Source: Cladosporium halotolerans (taxonomy: Eukaryota). Taken from it: a stretch of 64,000 bases of DNA. Each line of letters begins with the position of its first letter. The stretch's first letter is position 1. The DNA lies in the NCBI RefSeq assembly GCF_011745625.1, contig NW_027191454.1, positions 806,001-870,000 on the forward strand, written 5' to 3'. The translations under genes were made by a program, and so were the position numbers. Under the pieces are notes generated by a model that saw only the letters and a program-made list of their open reading frames with translations, ran no database searches and was not told the origin of the DNA. Positions 1-13,934 of this stretch are shown here, piece by piece.

Positions 1-58
1 GACGCCATCATCAATTACAATTTCTCCTGTGAACACTACTGACATTTCAATCCTACAG

Positions 59-1737
59 GTGGTCAGATTGCAGGTCGGTGCCCTTTATATTCTTGACTGT
101 TCTCACAGTGAGGCAATACTGATTTGAAACCGTACAGCCTTCCCCTTCTGTGGTTTCCTCGCAGATGGCTATGGCCGCAGGATTTGCATCTTCGTTGGCT
201 GTTTCCTCGTACTTGTCGGCACAGCGGTACAGACAACAGCACATGAGACTGGACAGTTTATTGGAGGCAGATTCATCCTTGGCTTCGGCGGTAAGCATGT
301 TGAGAGGTCGAATTCATGAAACAAGTGGCTGATCCCTTTCACAGCTAGCATCGCGAGTGCTGCCGGGCCCGCTTATACTGTCGAACTTGCCCACCCGTGC
401 TACCGTGGCACGATGGCTGGAATGTACAACAACTGTATGTGGATTTGTGGTAACTGTTCGCATTTAGGCCGAGCTAATTGTTGTATAGTCTGGTGGCTCG
501 GAAACATCATCGCTGGTTGGACTACCTACGGCACGGACAAGAACTTCCCCGACTCATCTTGGGCATGGCGCACCCCGACTGTCGTCCAATGCGTTCTACC
601 ATCGGTCGTGATGATGCTTGTCCTGTTCTTCCCAGGTAGGTCTCACTCCGAGATTGCATGTGCAATGTTGGGCTCCAACTAACGATTGCAGAATCCCCTC
701 GCTGGCTCGTCATGAAGGACAGGCGTGAGGAAGCCGTTGCTGTGCTTGCCAAATACCACGGAGACGGAGACGCCGAGGCTCCTATCGTTGAGCTCCAGAT
801 CCGCGAAATCGTGGAGGACATGGCCGTGACCCGCAACGACAACCCGTGGTGGGATTTCAAGGAACTCGTCCACACCGCCGCCGCACGTTACCGCTTGTAC
901 ATGGTTATCCTCATGTCCTTCTTCGGCCAATGGTCCGGCAACAACGTCATCTCGTACTTCATGCCCGTCATGATCAAGCAAGCAGGCATCACCAACAGCA
1001 GCACCCAGCTGCTCATCAACGCCATCAACCCCATCTTCAGCTTGATCGCCGCCGTTTACGGCGCCACCCTCCTCGACAAGCTGGGGAGACGCAAGATGCT
1101 GATGGCCGGTCTTGTGGGCGCTCTGGGATCATACGTCCTGCTGACCGCTTTCACCGCATCGTCGACTGCGCACCCCAACCTGGCCTATGGCACGATCGTT
1201 TCCATCTATCTTTTCGGCATCTTCTTCGCGTGAGTATCCCTCCGATTTTCAGTATGCCAATGTACATGCTTGACTGACACTTCACAGCTGGGGCTGGACC
1301 CCTCTGCAAACCCTCTATGCAGTCGAGTGCCTCGAGAACCGCACGCGCGCCAAGGGTAGCGGTCTCAACTTCCTCTTCCTGAACATCGCCATGATCGTCA
1401 ACACCTACGGTATCAGCGTCGGAATGGAGAAGATCGGCTGGAAGTGAGTTAGCCTGGAAATGAGATTTGTTTGCGACGGAAGCTAACGGCAAGCAGATTG
1501 TACCTTGTCTACATTGTCTGGATCTGCGTTGAGATCGTAACTGTAAGTGGTTTGATATTCGCTTGGGCTTGATTTTCGAAGCTAATAGCTTTCCAGATCT
1601 ACTTCCTCTTCGTTGAGACCAAGGGCAAGACGCTCGAGGAGCTGAGCGAGGTCTTCGAGGCTCCTAACCCTCGCAAGGCGTCGACTAGGAAGGTCAAGGT
1701 TGCTGTCACCGAGTCTGGCCACGTGCTGCAGGCTTAG
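59..1737 (+). CDS. MFS sugar porter, lactose permease/cellodextrin transporter-like; 5' end lies outside the window; multi-exon
   Basis: Spliced reading gives [68 protein letters not shown] and [11 protein letters not shown], all sugar-porter signatures. Introns are GT-AG (e.g. 74-137). Stop TAG at 1735-1737. Confidence 0.88.
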
Positions 1738-2620
1738 GACACATCAGGAGAGGAGGAGTAGATTGCTGTCAAGAGTTACATGGAAATGACGAGAGACGAA
1801 TGAGGCATGATGTACCGAGAGATCCAAGCAACGATTTGTTAATATTCTTCGGCATGTCAGTTATTATGCACTCTGACGAAATGTACGTCTCAATGCTCCA
1901 AAGATGACGATAACCCTCCACTGCTATGTTTCAAGACACTGATAGAAGCGTGAAGACGGGTTTTGCTCGTCTTGATACCTAGTCAGCGTGCTGCCATTTC
2001 GTAAATAGTTTCCATACCCGATCTTGTGCGAGAGACTATGGCGCGAGACTCGGATTGTGATAGGTAGAGGGAAAGTCAGCCGCTCGGACTAAATCTAAGC
2101 CTAATAGGTCTCAAACGGTTATTGAGCAGTACTCGATCAGCGGTACGGGGAATATTTCCTGACCCGGAAAGTATTGCTGAAAAGAGCAGAGCTGAACATT
2201 CCCCACACTGGCCAAAGGGTAGCAAAATGCCCTGACACATGTGACGTGCGACCAATCGGTGCTCTCAGCGCCTAAAGAATCACCCCGCATCGCTTCGGCG
2301 CGCCACCGAGCACTAGTTTTGCGGGCCCCCATGGGGCGTGATCCTGCGGGAGCAGTCGTCTTGCAAGGTGCAGAAGAGGTTGCCGCGGCCGCGAACTGTA
2401 GGGTTTGAGATGCCAGACTCCGGGTGGTATTGAGAATATGAGGAACCTTAGGACGATTCGTCTTGGCAGAGAGCATGTACTTAAAGACTTCCACTTGGAC
2501 TCCAATATCAATGTCTGCCTCAGCAGAAGCCTCTATACAGTTATCTATACAGAGTGCCTGATCGTCCATATCCTGAGCGATTATTCCTCCTGAACGTCCG
2601 CTTCCTTCGTTTATATCACA

Positions 2621-4324
2621 ATGGCCTTGGAAGAGAAGAAGAATGCCGACATCGAGACCGAACATGCCGAGCATGTGAATGAGTCTGAAGTCGGAGCCAT
2701 TGACAAAGCCGACTTCGTACCTAGCATTGAAGAAGCCGCTGCTTCAAAGGCGGCATGGTTGATCTCTGTTACAGTATCTCTGGGTGGATTCGTACGTCGC
2801 ACCTTCTCCCCCATGCTCCCTAGGAATAAGAATATTGCAATTGGTGGACATCAGCAGGCAGGGCAGATCAAGCTCTTCGCTGACCTGAGATAGCTTTTCG
2901 GCTATGACACGGGATACATCTCTTCGGTATTGGTGACCATCGGTACCTCCTTGGGTCATAAGCTCTCTTCGAGCGAACAAGAGTTGGTCACTTCCCTGAC
3001 GAGTGGCGGTGCTCTGGTCGGCGCGGTTGGAGCAGGCCTCACGGCTGATCGCTTTGGAAGAAAGATGCCCATCTGGGCCGCCTGTGTGGTTTTCATCGTT
3101 GGGACAACACTCCAGACAGCAGCATACTCTGTCGCTCAATTCGCTGTTGGTCGTTTCGTCGTTGGTCTCGGAGTCGGTAGCGCTGCCATGGTTGTTCCTT
3201 TGTACATCGGGGAGCTCGCACCAGCCAAGTACCGTGGCCGCATGGTTGCTTTCAACAACATGTCTGTTACTTTTGGTCAGCTCGTAGCAAGTGCCCTCGG
3301 AGCAGCTTTCGCTACAGTCCCTGGCGAGAGTTGGCGTGCTACTGTCGGCATTGGTGCATTGCCTGCGGTCCTTCTGGGCGGGTTGCTTTTCTGGTGCCCG
3401 GAGTCTCCTCGCCAATTGGTATCCCACGGCCGCAATGAAGAGGCTGACAAGGTCTTGCTTCGCTTGTACCCAACTTCGAGCGAGCAACAACGTCGCGACA
3501 AGATGGCGACCATTGCTTCGTCGTGTGAAGAAGCAACCGAGAACTCGCTATCAAACGAAAGCCTCGCCACATCCTTCGCCCGCATCTTCACCAACGGCCA
3601 AACCGGCCGCGCCGTCCTCACAGCCTGCGTCGTCATGGCCATCAGCCAGCTCGGCGGCTTCAACACCCTCATGTACTATTCCGCAACGCTCTTCAGCATC
3701 GTCGGCTTCGACAATGCCACGGCCGTCGCCATCACCGTCTCCGGCACCAACTTCGTCTTCTCCATTCTCAACCTCGTGCTCGTCGACAAGTTCGGCCGCC
3801 GGCGCCTCCTCACCGTCACCGTTCTCGGCATGTCCATCTGCATGCTGATTGCCGCCGTCTCCTTCAGCTACATCCCCATCAACCTGTCCACGCTCGAGGT
3901 CGAGAGCACGCAGATCGGCTGGCCTGGCACGCTCGTGCTCGTCACCATCATCTGCTACGTCGGCTTCTTCTCCACCGGTGTTGCAACGATCGCCTGGATC
4001 GGCACTGAGCTGATGCCCATCGAGGCGCGCGCGCTGGGCACCATGCTCAACACCGTTGTGTGCTGGAGCACGAACATCATCATCTCGTCGACTTTCTTGA
4101 GCATGATGAAGGGGATCACGCCGAGCGGCGCGTTCGGGTTCTACTGCGGTATCTGTTTTGTTGGGTGGCTGTTCATTTTGTTTTTCTACCCGGATGTCAA
4201 GGGCATGCCGCTCGAGACGATTCGCGAGGTCTTTGCGCATGGCTTCGGGCTGAAATTCTCGAAGCAGTGGCAGCGGGAGCACAAGCATGAGAGGAAGGCT
4301 GTAGAGGTTGCTTTTGGGCACTAA
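2621..4324 (+). CDS. MFS sugar porter, myo-inositol transporter (ITR)-like
   Basis: Exon 2621-2791, intron 2792-2893, then an exon giving GGF|LFGYDTGYIS, ADRFGRK, YIGELAPAKYRG, PESPR, QLGGFNTLMYY, VDKFGRR and YPDVKGMPLE. Confidence 0.88.
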
Positions 4325-4824
4325 GGAGGTCATGTAGTCATGAAGAACTTTGATGGACAATTCGTTGTAGCATGCTTGCATTGTGAAACCTAAAAGGGTG
4401 TTCATCTTGATTTCATTGCTATTCGGCGTAAGCCCAACTATCACTCATTCCTATCACCGGGCGGTTAGTGGCTCAGCTACTGGTATGTTCCAGTCCTCAA
4501 TCTTTGGCGCAGGAACTATTGATCACACTAGAACGCAGAATCACTGGACGCACCTACAGACGCACAAGGTCCGCAGCGATGCGGACCGAACCCCTACATT
4601 GAGCTCAGAGTCGAATCGTCAAGCTCACCTCACGCCTGGTACTTCGGAACCTCGATGAAGTGGTCTCAGAGACAGATCGGTTATCAACGGCAAGTATCTG
4701 AATGTGGATACGAACAGACTAGAAGACTGCAAAATGGGGAACGTTTCGGCAATCAAAAGCATGCACACGCGGAAACTGTGCACTCCGACTGCAAGGACTT
4801 TGAACCCATGCCTTGGCAGGCCGT

Positions 4825-5949
<1,125 letters not shown>

Positions 5950-6261
5950 CCTAGCTTTGAGCGGCAGTAGTGTGTTTGAGGTCAGAGTCTGAACACGCTG
6001 GGGTAGCAGTCAGGGTGGGAACAGGCCATGTCTCTATATAGTCACGACTCAAAGAGTCTCGAACACATTAATTTCACGAGCTGTCCTTTGCCTAATAGCA
6101 AGATCGTAGGGAGCGAAGCCACCAAATTCAAACTTGCTCGATGGGATGATACGGGTGATCGCCCTCCGTTCTCCCTGATTGCTTGTGGAAGTCGCAGTCG
6201 CATGTTGACAGGTACCAGGGTCCCTAGGCCAGCCTTTGCTTGTACGTGAACGCCACACTGG

Positions 6262-6283
6262 CGGCTAAAAGCGAATATAACCG
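6262..6283. promoter_or_regulatory. Putative XlnR/Xyr1 site in the divergent xylanase-esterase promoter
   Basis: CGGCTAAA at 6262-6269 matches GGCTAA/CGGNTAAW. An inverted near-match TATAACCG follows at 6276-6283. Lies ~310 bp upstream of the xylanase ATG. The motif is short, so it could be chance. Confidence 0.5.
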
Positions 6284-7521
6284 AATAATTGTGCAACCAA
6301 GAGCAGCCACTGAGGCGTTTCCATTGGCCGTGGATCCTCTGGCTTACCGATGCCTGTTTTGGCGCGTCGCCTCTGTACATAGGGCTCCGTGTTTACTCGG
6401 AAGTGCTCTCCGTGTGCATGAGTGGGTCAAATGGCTTTCGGTGGCATTACTGATGCTTCGAGTATTTATTGCAGGGCTTGACTGGAAGCTTAAAGCCGAT
6501 CAGTCTCCAATGATAAAGTGATTAAGCACGTCGCATTGTCTGCAGTAGTGCTGTGATTGTTTGCAAATGGGCCGTCGTGGGGAATTCTTGAAGCGCATCC
6601 TGGAATTCATCGTCCTACGTGTCGAGGTAATTGAAAGGCTGTAAGAAGAGCAGTTGTGTTTAGGACATTTAAAGAACAAGCATGTTCATAGAATGACTCG
6701 GACTCTGCCATGTGGTTCCCACGAGGTCCAGTGAAGAGTCTCGGCCACCGATCTGGGCCACCAGCTTCATCACCGAACTGCGTCCGTGGGCATGTGGTAC
6801 GAGTCTCAAACAGCGAGCGGTCATGTCGTTCGTCTCCTCGGTGGAGATGAACGGATCGGGCGTGTCGCCGGGGCTGGGCTCACGATGATTTCGGCAGTCG
6901 AGAGTCGTCTCCTTCTCCGCGCGCAAGCTCGCGGCGCGGTTCGGGCCACGCCCATCCTCGTGCAACTTCTCCAGGTGCCCAGCCACGCCGCCGTCTGCAA
7001 TAGATGAACATAACATCCTGTTTTGTGTTATACCCCCTGTGAACAGCAGCCTGCCATGCTTGTTTGCGGCGATGGCCGAAGCCTGGAACGAACAGCATGG
7101 GTGCCGCGCCGAGGCTGCCACGGCTGCCTCAAGCATACCGCGACGAAGACAAAGCTTTTGGTGGTGAGACGAACCGCAAAGTCATTAGTTCAAATCTCGT
7201 GATGTTGTTCGTACGTTCACCATAAAACTTGTTGAGGCTTCTGAGCAATACTTTTCTTGCGCCTTTGCGTTGTGGCGTCTGCACCGGAGACGCGCTCTGA
7301 GTCCCACTCATCTGATGGGCTGGTCGTTTCAGACAGCTACCAACCTGGTGCGCTACCCAGTCGAGTCCTCAGATAGCTTGTCAAGATCAATCGTCTTGTG
7401 AAGAGCAAGGGCCATTCCTCATGGCCTATAAAGACACTTAGGGCACAGCAGCCCTACTTTGCCATTCTAGCTTTCACCATATAGTCTCTCTTTTACAACG
7501 TTCAATTCTCATTCGCTCATC

Positions 7522-8747
7522 ATGCACAACGCACTTCTTGCCGCCTCCGCTCTGCTGCTGGCACACTGCGGAGCCTCGCCCATTGCCGCCTTGAAGGCGC
7601 GCCAGAGTTGCCCTGAAGTGCACGTTTTCGGCGCTCGTGAGACCACTGCTCCGACAGGATACGGCACCGCTGGCGTTGTCGTCGACCTCGTTCTCCGTGC
7701 TTACTCTGGCGCCACTAAGGAAGCTATTGATTACCCGGCTTGGTACGACAACACAACGCAAAAGCTTACGGGCACAGTAGCACAATAGCTGACGCTTTGG
7801 TAGCGGAGGGCAATCCTCCTGCGGCGGTGATGACTACGCGACCTCCATGAAGAAAGGCATTCAGGCTGTTGCCTCGGCTGTGAACTCCTTCCACGAGCAG
7901 TGCCCGGACACCAAGCTGGTCCTGGTTGGATACTCTCAGGGTGGTCAGATCGTCGACAACGCTTTCTGTGGCGGTCCTGACGACTCCAACGGATACTCCG
8001 ACTCCGCGCCTGCGATCGACTCTGGCGCCTTGGAGTCCATTGCGGCCGTCATCGAGATGGGTAGCCCCCGTTTCGTTGGCGGTCTCGACTACGGTGTCGG
8101 CACTTGCACCACTGGCGGTTTCTCTGCCCGTCCTTCGGGTTACACGTGCTCGGTACGTACCTGCCGTCATGTCACATCCCTTCTCAACTCTGCTGCAGCT
8201 GCCGTGCTGCCTTGAGCATATGGCTTGACTACTGTGTGGGAGAGTCACGGCCTTCCCACCAATCTCAGACATACAACACGTAGTCGTCCAAAGATCTTTG
8301 CTAACAAAACGGCAACAGTCTAGCGCCAAGATGCAGTCCTACTGCGATGCCTCCGACCCTTACTGCTGCGACGGCAGCGACGAGTCCACTCACCAGGGCT
8401 ACGGAGACGAGTACGGCCAGGACGCCCTCACATTCATCCAAAGCCAGCTGGACGGTGCCGGTGGCTCTTCGTCCACCGCTACTACGCAGGACAGTGCCTC
8501 GAACGGCACCACTGCGGGCACAGACAGCTCCTCCAGTGCTCAGACTGGCGGACAGACTGGCGCTTCGACGGGTGCTCAAACCGGCGGCCAAACCGGTGCT
8601 CAGACGGGCGGAAACCAATGGGGCGGCCAGACTGGCGCTCAGAATGGTGGAAACCAGTGGGGTGGCAACCAGTGGAACCAGAACCAGAACCAGGGCGGCA
8701 ACTCCTGGGGCCAGGGCCAGTGGGGTGGCTGGGGCAAGAAGAACTAG
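7522..8747 (+). CDS. Secreted CE5 acetylxylan esterase (cutinase fold) with a low-complexity C-terminal tail and no CBM1
   Basis: Exons 7522-7742, 7804-8152, 8319-8747. Signal peptide; CPEVHVFGARETT; YPACGGQSSCGG; catalytic GYSQG; SYCDASDPYCC; THQGYG. Confidence 0.92.
8536..8744 (+). repeat. Coding repeat: QTG[GA] tetrapeptides grading into GGNQW-type units
   Basis: Translation SAQTGGQTGASTGAQTGGQTGAQTGGNQWGGQTGAQNGGNQWGGNQWNQNQNQGGNSWGQGQWGGWGKKN. Confidence 0.85.
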
Positions 8748-9185
8748 AGGGTCGTGTCGTTCGGTTGGCGCGCTGGATCGCGCCGCTTGTCGTATATGAT
8801 CGTGTTCATGAATAACAGAGCACGCTTTACTTATTATCAAATATTGCAACGAGCCTGTATGGCTTTTGCAGCATTGTGTGATTGCTATTATTTTGCCTAA
8901 AGTGACTTCGGCTGTGATAAATACCATTTTCGATGCCTTCGACGTGAAGGTGTGCTTGCGTAAAGTCTGAATCATGGTCTTTGACCGTTTGAACAGGGCA
9001 TCTGTCACGTCGGATAGAGTTCAAACATGCATGGCTCGCTCCCCGCTTTGATACAACCTTCAACAGACCTGATCACACTGCTGCCTGCTACCATGTGTGG
9101 TCAATATTGCTCTCGTAGGACATATCAGGCCAGTATCCGAACCAATTCAACCTCGAATCACTGCTCTCAAACAATCGCCGCAACG

Positions 9186-9652
9186 ATGGAAGCATCCTGC
9201 CAATGCGGCACAATAACGGTACCCATTCCTCCCCCACGTCTCCACTCGATCAAACCCCAACTCACCTCCCCCAGTTCACCACCCCCCTCCCCGAGCCAAA
9301 AGTAGTCTACATATGCCACTGCACGCTCTGTCGCCACCAATCGAGCTCCGCGTTCGGCATCTCCGCCATCTTCCCCAAATTCTCCATCGAAACTCCCAAC
9401 GCCGATTCCCTACGAATGTGGTCTCGGCCGGCGCTGTCGGGAAGGACAATGCGGTGCTATTTCTGTGATGTCTGTGGTTCGAGGCTTGTGCATGCGAGGG
9501 ATGGCCTTGAAAGTGTTAGTGTGAAGGGAGGGTGTTTGCGGGGTTTGAGTAGGGAGATGGTGGCGGGAGCGGTGCATATTTGGGTGGCGGAGGCGGTGGT
9601 AGAGATTCCAGATGGGGTGGAGAGGTTTGATGGCGAGCCGCCGGATGATTGA
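9186..9652 (+). CDS. GFA/CENP-V (Mss4-like) zinc protein
   Basis: MEASCQCGTIT, intron 9219-9274, then FTTPLPEPKVVYICHCTLCRHQSSSAF...YFCDVCGS...HIW. The CxC, CxCxxC, CxxC pattern is typical of the family. Confidence 0.88.
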
Positions 9653-10721
9653 GTGACAGAATCCCACGGCATGAGAGTGCTTATGGGTCAATGTCTGCCG
9701 TTGCCAATGACCAGCAGGACTGTGAATTTCTTGGTCTTCTGCTAATGGTGAGAACGCATTCAGACAGCCCGAATATTCAAATTTCGGGACCACAGCTGTT
9801 TCTCTTCAAGTCAGAGTCGTTATGAGACTGGATTCTTCAGACGAAGTGGCCTGGTCAAAGTTTATCTGGATGTCTTGCATTGAGACATGAATGTCTCAGC
9901 GCAGATGCACACAAGAGCACGCCTGCGTACATTAGGGACCCTCGACCTGAGGCAGTCATCTAGGCATCTATTATTGCACACGTCCGGCTCCAGTCCTTAT
10001 GCCCAATAACAATGCACTCGAAGCGCGTCCTCTGAATCTGACATGTCGCCTTCCAGGACAATCAGCATCGCAAGATTGGTCTCCACAATATACTTGCAAT
10101 CTTTGATTTTCACTTGGGTGCGTTTCTTGTGACTGCGGATCACAAGGACGGGAGCTGCATCCCCCAGCCGTACTCGCCCACCTTCGGCCATACTGAAACG
10201 CGGACATCGTATCAGCGGACAAGCAAAGAACAGGAGCTGTATAGATATCGGCCCACGTATCCACGAAGACGACGGCGACATTTGTGCCGACCCGCCAATG
10301 CCCTCTCGCAATGTGGTGTCGGGCAAGGGAGCCAAGTGCCCAGCGTTGGGATAGGCCTGCTTATCATAGTGTGCATGATAACAGGTGCTGGGCCTCCTCC
10401 GTTTCTCCTCACTCTTGCCCCTCATGGAGCATGCAGATGTCATCCAGCTCTGCACTCTGCATACGTGCTTACTGTAAAGGGCAGTTAGAATACCATCTGG
10501 CGTTTCTCCGGATAGCCAATCCAATTGCCGTCGAAGTTATACTGCATTGCCGACACGACTGTGATATGCAGACTACTTGGCGAGCGTGGCCCTATCAACG
10601 GCCTATCTGATCAAGTGAAGGTAGGTTGCAGCTGTTTCGCATTCAAAAGATCATCGATTTGCGTATCTTTCGTACTCTTGTGCAAGAGTTGCTGAGGTGA
10701 GCTTTCGCTGCCTTTGCTGCT

Positions 10722-12588
10722 ATGGCTTCCAACCCGGACCCAGTGTCGATTGCGTCGGAGAAGACTATCATGCCCCCGGTCGCCGGCAAGGAGCAACAGT
10801 TCGTGTCAGAGAAACGGGACTCATCTTCGGAAGAGGGAGTTGTCATTGAAATCAATGGAGACGTTATCAAGGAGTCTGACTACACCGAGGAGCAATATAA
10901 GAAACTACTTCGCAAGGTCGATCGTTACCTGCTTCCTTTGATGGTACGGCCATGCTCCCGGAACCCTTATACCAGTATTATTCCAGGCTAACGACAAACA
11001 GTGGTTCTGCTATGGCGTACAACAAACGGACAAGACCTCTCTGGGCACACAAGCCATCTTCGGCTTGAGAGACGACACGAATCTCGTTGGGCAGCAGTAT
11101 TCCTGGCTCACGACAATATTTTACCTGACCTACCTCACTGGCGAATTCCCCTCCAACTTTCTGCTGCAGCGTTGGTCGCTTGGAAAATCGTTGTCGATTT
11201 ATATGTTACTCTGGGGTAAGATGGCCTCTCTTTTGCTGCGCCAACATCGTGTCAATCGACACAACGGAATGCTGTGCTGTCCGTTTAGTCAGAAAATGAC
11301 ACTAACGTTCAACTTCGCAGGTGTCTGTGTCTTCTGCGTCGGTGCCGCGCAGAACTGGTCCCACCTCATGGCCATCCGCGGTCTGCAAGGTTTCTTCGAG
11401 TGCACAATCTCACCAGGCTTCGTACTCGTCGTGGGCTCCTGGTACCGAACAGACGAGCACTCTTCCCGCTCACTCTTCTGGCAATCAGCCAACGCCGGCT
11501 TCGGCATCATCGCCTCGCTCGTGATGTACGGCATCGGTTCCCACGCTGAGAAACACGGCGGGCTGGCGCCCTGGAGATCTATTTCTATGTTCTTGGGCTC
11601 TTGCACTGTGGTCTTGGCCCTGATCTGCTTCGCCCTCCTGGGAAGCCCGGCTGAGGTCCTCTGGCTGAACAAGGATGAGAAGCGCATGGCCGCTGCTCGT
11701 ATCCTCAGGAACAAAGTAGGCCGAGACGTCACGGGCAAGCAGTGGAAATGGGCGCAAGTGGCAGAGGCCTTCAGAGATCCGCAGCTGTGGTTCAGCATGG
11801 TCAACGCGTTCCTGTCTTCCGTGCCAAACGGGTAACTTCGCGTGCTTCTCGTCGTGCCACGACCCTCCGCTAACGTCTCCCAGTGGCATCACCACCTTCG
11901 GTAACATCATGTACACCTCCTTCGGCTTCACGCGCCTGCAAGTCCTCCTCGTCGACATCCCGCGCTCAGGTTCGTCCCCATCCAAGCGACTCCCCAGTAT
12001 CCCCCATCCCATCAAACTAACCACCACCCCACCCCAGTCGTCTCCCTCCTCCTCTTCCTCGCCGTAGGCCTCTACACGCGGCGCGTCCCCAACCGGCGCC
12101 TGCCCATAATGGCCGCGTCCGTCATCCCGCCCTTCGTCGGCCTCATCGCCCTCTCCATGCTGCCCAACAGCCCGGGCACGAAGTGGACGAAGTGGGGCCT
12201 CTACCTCATCACGGTCCCCTACGTGCTCGCGCTCTTCCTCGCCTGGACGCTGATCCCCAGCAACGTCGCCGGCCGCACGAAGAAAACCGTCATCTCGTCC
12301 GCCACGTTCCTGGGCTACTGCGTGGGGAACATGGCGGGCAGCCAGATTTTCAAATCGGCGGATGCGCCGGCGTACGTGCCGGGCACGATTGGCGCGGGCG
12401 TCGCGCTGGGGTTGGAGTTTGTGCTGATTTGTGCCTGGAAGGGGTATTATGTTTGGATGAATGGGAGGAGGGAGAAGAAGGCGGAGGAGAGCGGGGTGGG
12501 GAAGGAGGAGCAGGAGAGGCTGGGGAGGGAGCTGGCGGAGGGGGATGCGACGGATTTGGAGAATCCGCATTTTAGGTACACAATGTGA
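10722..12588 (+). CDS. MFS anion:cation symporter, Dal5/allantoate permease-like
   Basis: Five exons (introns ~10944-11001, 11216-11320, 11832-11883, 11969-12037). Motifs LLRKVDRYLLP, GQQYSWLTTIFY, RGLQGFFE, WYRTDE, EAFRDPQ, SNVAGRTKK and C-terminal DATDLENPHFRY. Confidence 0.88.
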
Positions 12589-13102
12589 TGGGGTTGGGCG
12601 GCGGCTGAGCGTTAGAGGGCGTTTGTGGGCTTGGAGGGGGGGTTATGATTACGATGTGTGTTTTCCGGCGGCATTGCAGAGGCTGATGGGTAGAGAATGA
12701 TTCGTAACGTAACACGCTCAAATTTTGGTCAGGCTCATGCTGAGTTGACTGTTCAGAGATCTCGTCTAGTGTGAAGAGCGGGAGAATGACAATGTCCCTA
12801 GACGAGACGAATCGTAGTTTGGGTGTCATTGACCGGATCGTGAGAGGACAATGCTCATTTCCATACGGCGTGTGATGGTCGTGTGACGAGGGGTGACGGT
12901 CGACAAAGATATCCAGGAAACCTAATGGAGTCTCGTGACAGAAAACAGGTGGAATGGTTTTGAGGCCTCATTCTACCAAACATGATGAAGTGACATGTTC
13001 GCATGTCCGCCCGCCAAACGCCGGAAACATGCCCAGCTGACCCTCTTCTCGTTGCTCCATCCACCTGATTCTTCGCTCCATCATCGCCCGCGTCGGAAAC
13101 AT

Positions 13103-13480
13103 TTAACGGTGCTGTTTGGATGTTAGTCCCTGGATGTTCTTGCGGGTGCGGGTTCGACCCCGCCGCGGCGGCGGATGCGATGCGACTGACCTTGTGGAAG
13201 CCAATGTCGGTGGCCTTCTCACGGAAGCACTGACGGCAGATGTTCAGGCCGTACTTGCGGACGAGACCGGCCTTGTGGGTGCAGACGCGGCTGTAGAGAG
13301 AGATTCCACGTTAGCTCCTCCGTTCTTGACTGATTTCCCACACTTTCTTCATTCCTCTCCCAGCACGTTGATTCCGCCTCATCTTTCCTGCCATTCCTCC
13401 AACTCGGGGTGTACGCACCATTCGCGGCTGCCCTTGCCGTAGGTGCGCGGGCGCGAGTACCAGACAGACTCGTGCGACAT
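13103..13480 (-). CDS. RPS29: 40S ribosomal protein S29 (uS14)
   Basis: Three exons: [56 protein letters not shown]. Has the CxxC...CxxC zinc finger. Absent from the ORF track because of the introns. Confidence 0.97.
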
Positions 13481-13545
13481 ATTGGCGGTTGATTTGTCGT
13501 GGGGGGGTTGGGTTGAGAGGTGCTTCGTCGGGCGGGGATCTGAAG

Positions 13546-13618
13546 CTGCAGAAAAAAAAAACTGCTGTTAATATTCGAGCGGTCCGGCTGAGGGTTTGGC
13601 GGAATTTTGCGGGCGTAC
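13546..13618 (-). other. Probable 5'-UTR intron of RPS29
   Basis: Minus strand AAG|GTACGC...ATTAAC...poly-T CTGCAG|, 73 nt, ending ~65 nt upstream of the ATG. Confidence 0.65.
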
Positions 13619-13685
13619 CTTGTCGTCGATGTCGTCGCTGGGCGGTAAGGTCGTCTGCTGCGAGTGCGCGCGAAGATTCACCAAC

Positions 13686-13792
13686 TGGGGCTAATTTCGC
13701 AAGTGCCAAGAACTTGCTGATACCGCGCTGGGCTCTGCGAGTGAGGGTGGCTCGTGCACGCGGGTGTGGCCGCGCTGGCGGTCTTGGGGCTA
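13686..13792. promoter_or_regulatory. Twice-repeated TGGGGCTA in the RPS29/APC13 bidirectional promoter, resembling the Tbf1-type ribosomal-protein element
   Basis: TGGGGCTA at 13686-13693 and 13785-13792. One mismatch to TAGGGCTA. Confidence 0.3.
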
Positions 13793-13934
13793 GAGCTTTT
13801 GTGGAAAGGTGTTTATCGCTGACATCTTGGGCGGCAGGCCGTTGTGAGAGGCGTATCGATTGTGGGCGCGTGAGGTCGACGATCGCGTACACAAATATCT
13901 TCATTCTGTCGAAATCGCTCAAGGATCTGTCAAC

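Noticed and set aside
9971..10610. Several 100-175 aa ORFs between the GFA gene and the permease
   Set aside because: No motifs, no codon bias, mostly non-ATG starts; likely promoter DNA.
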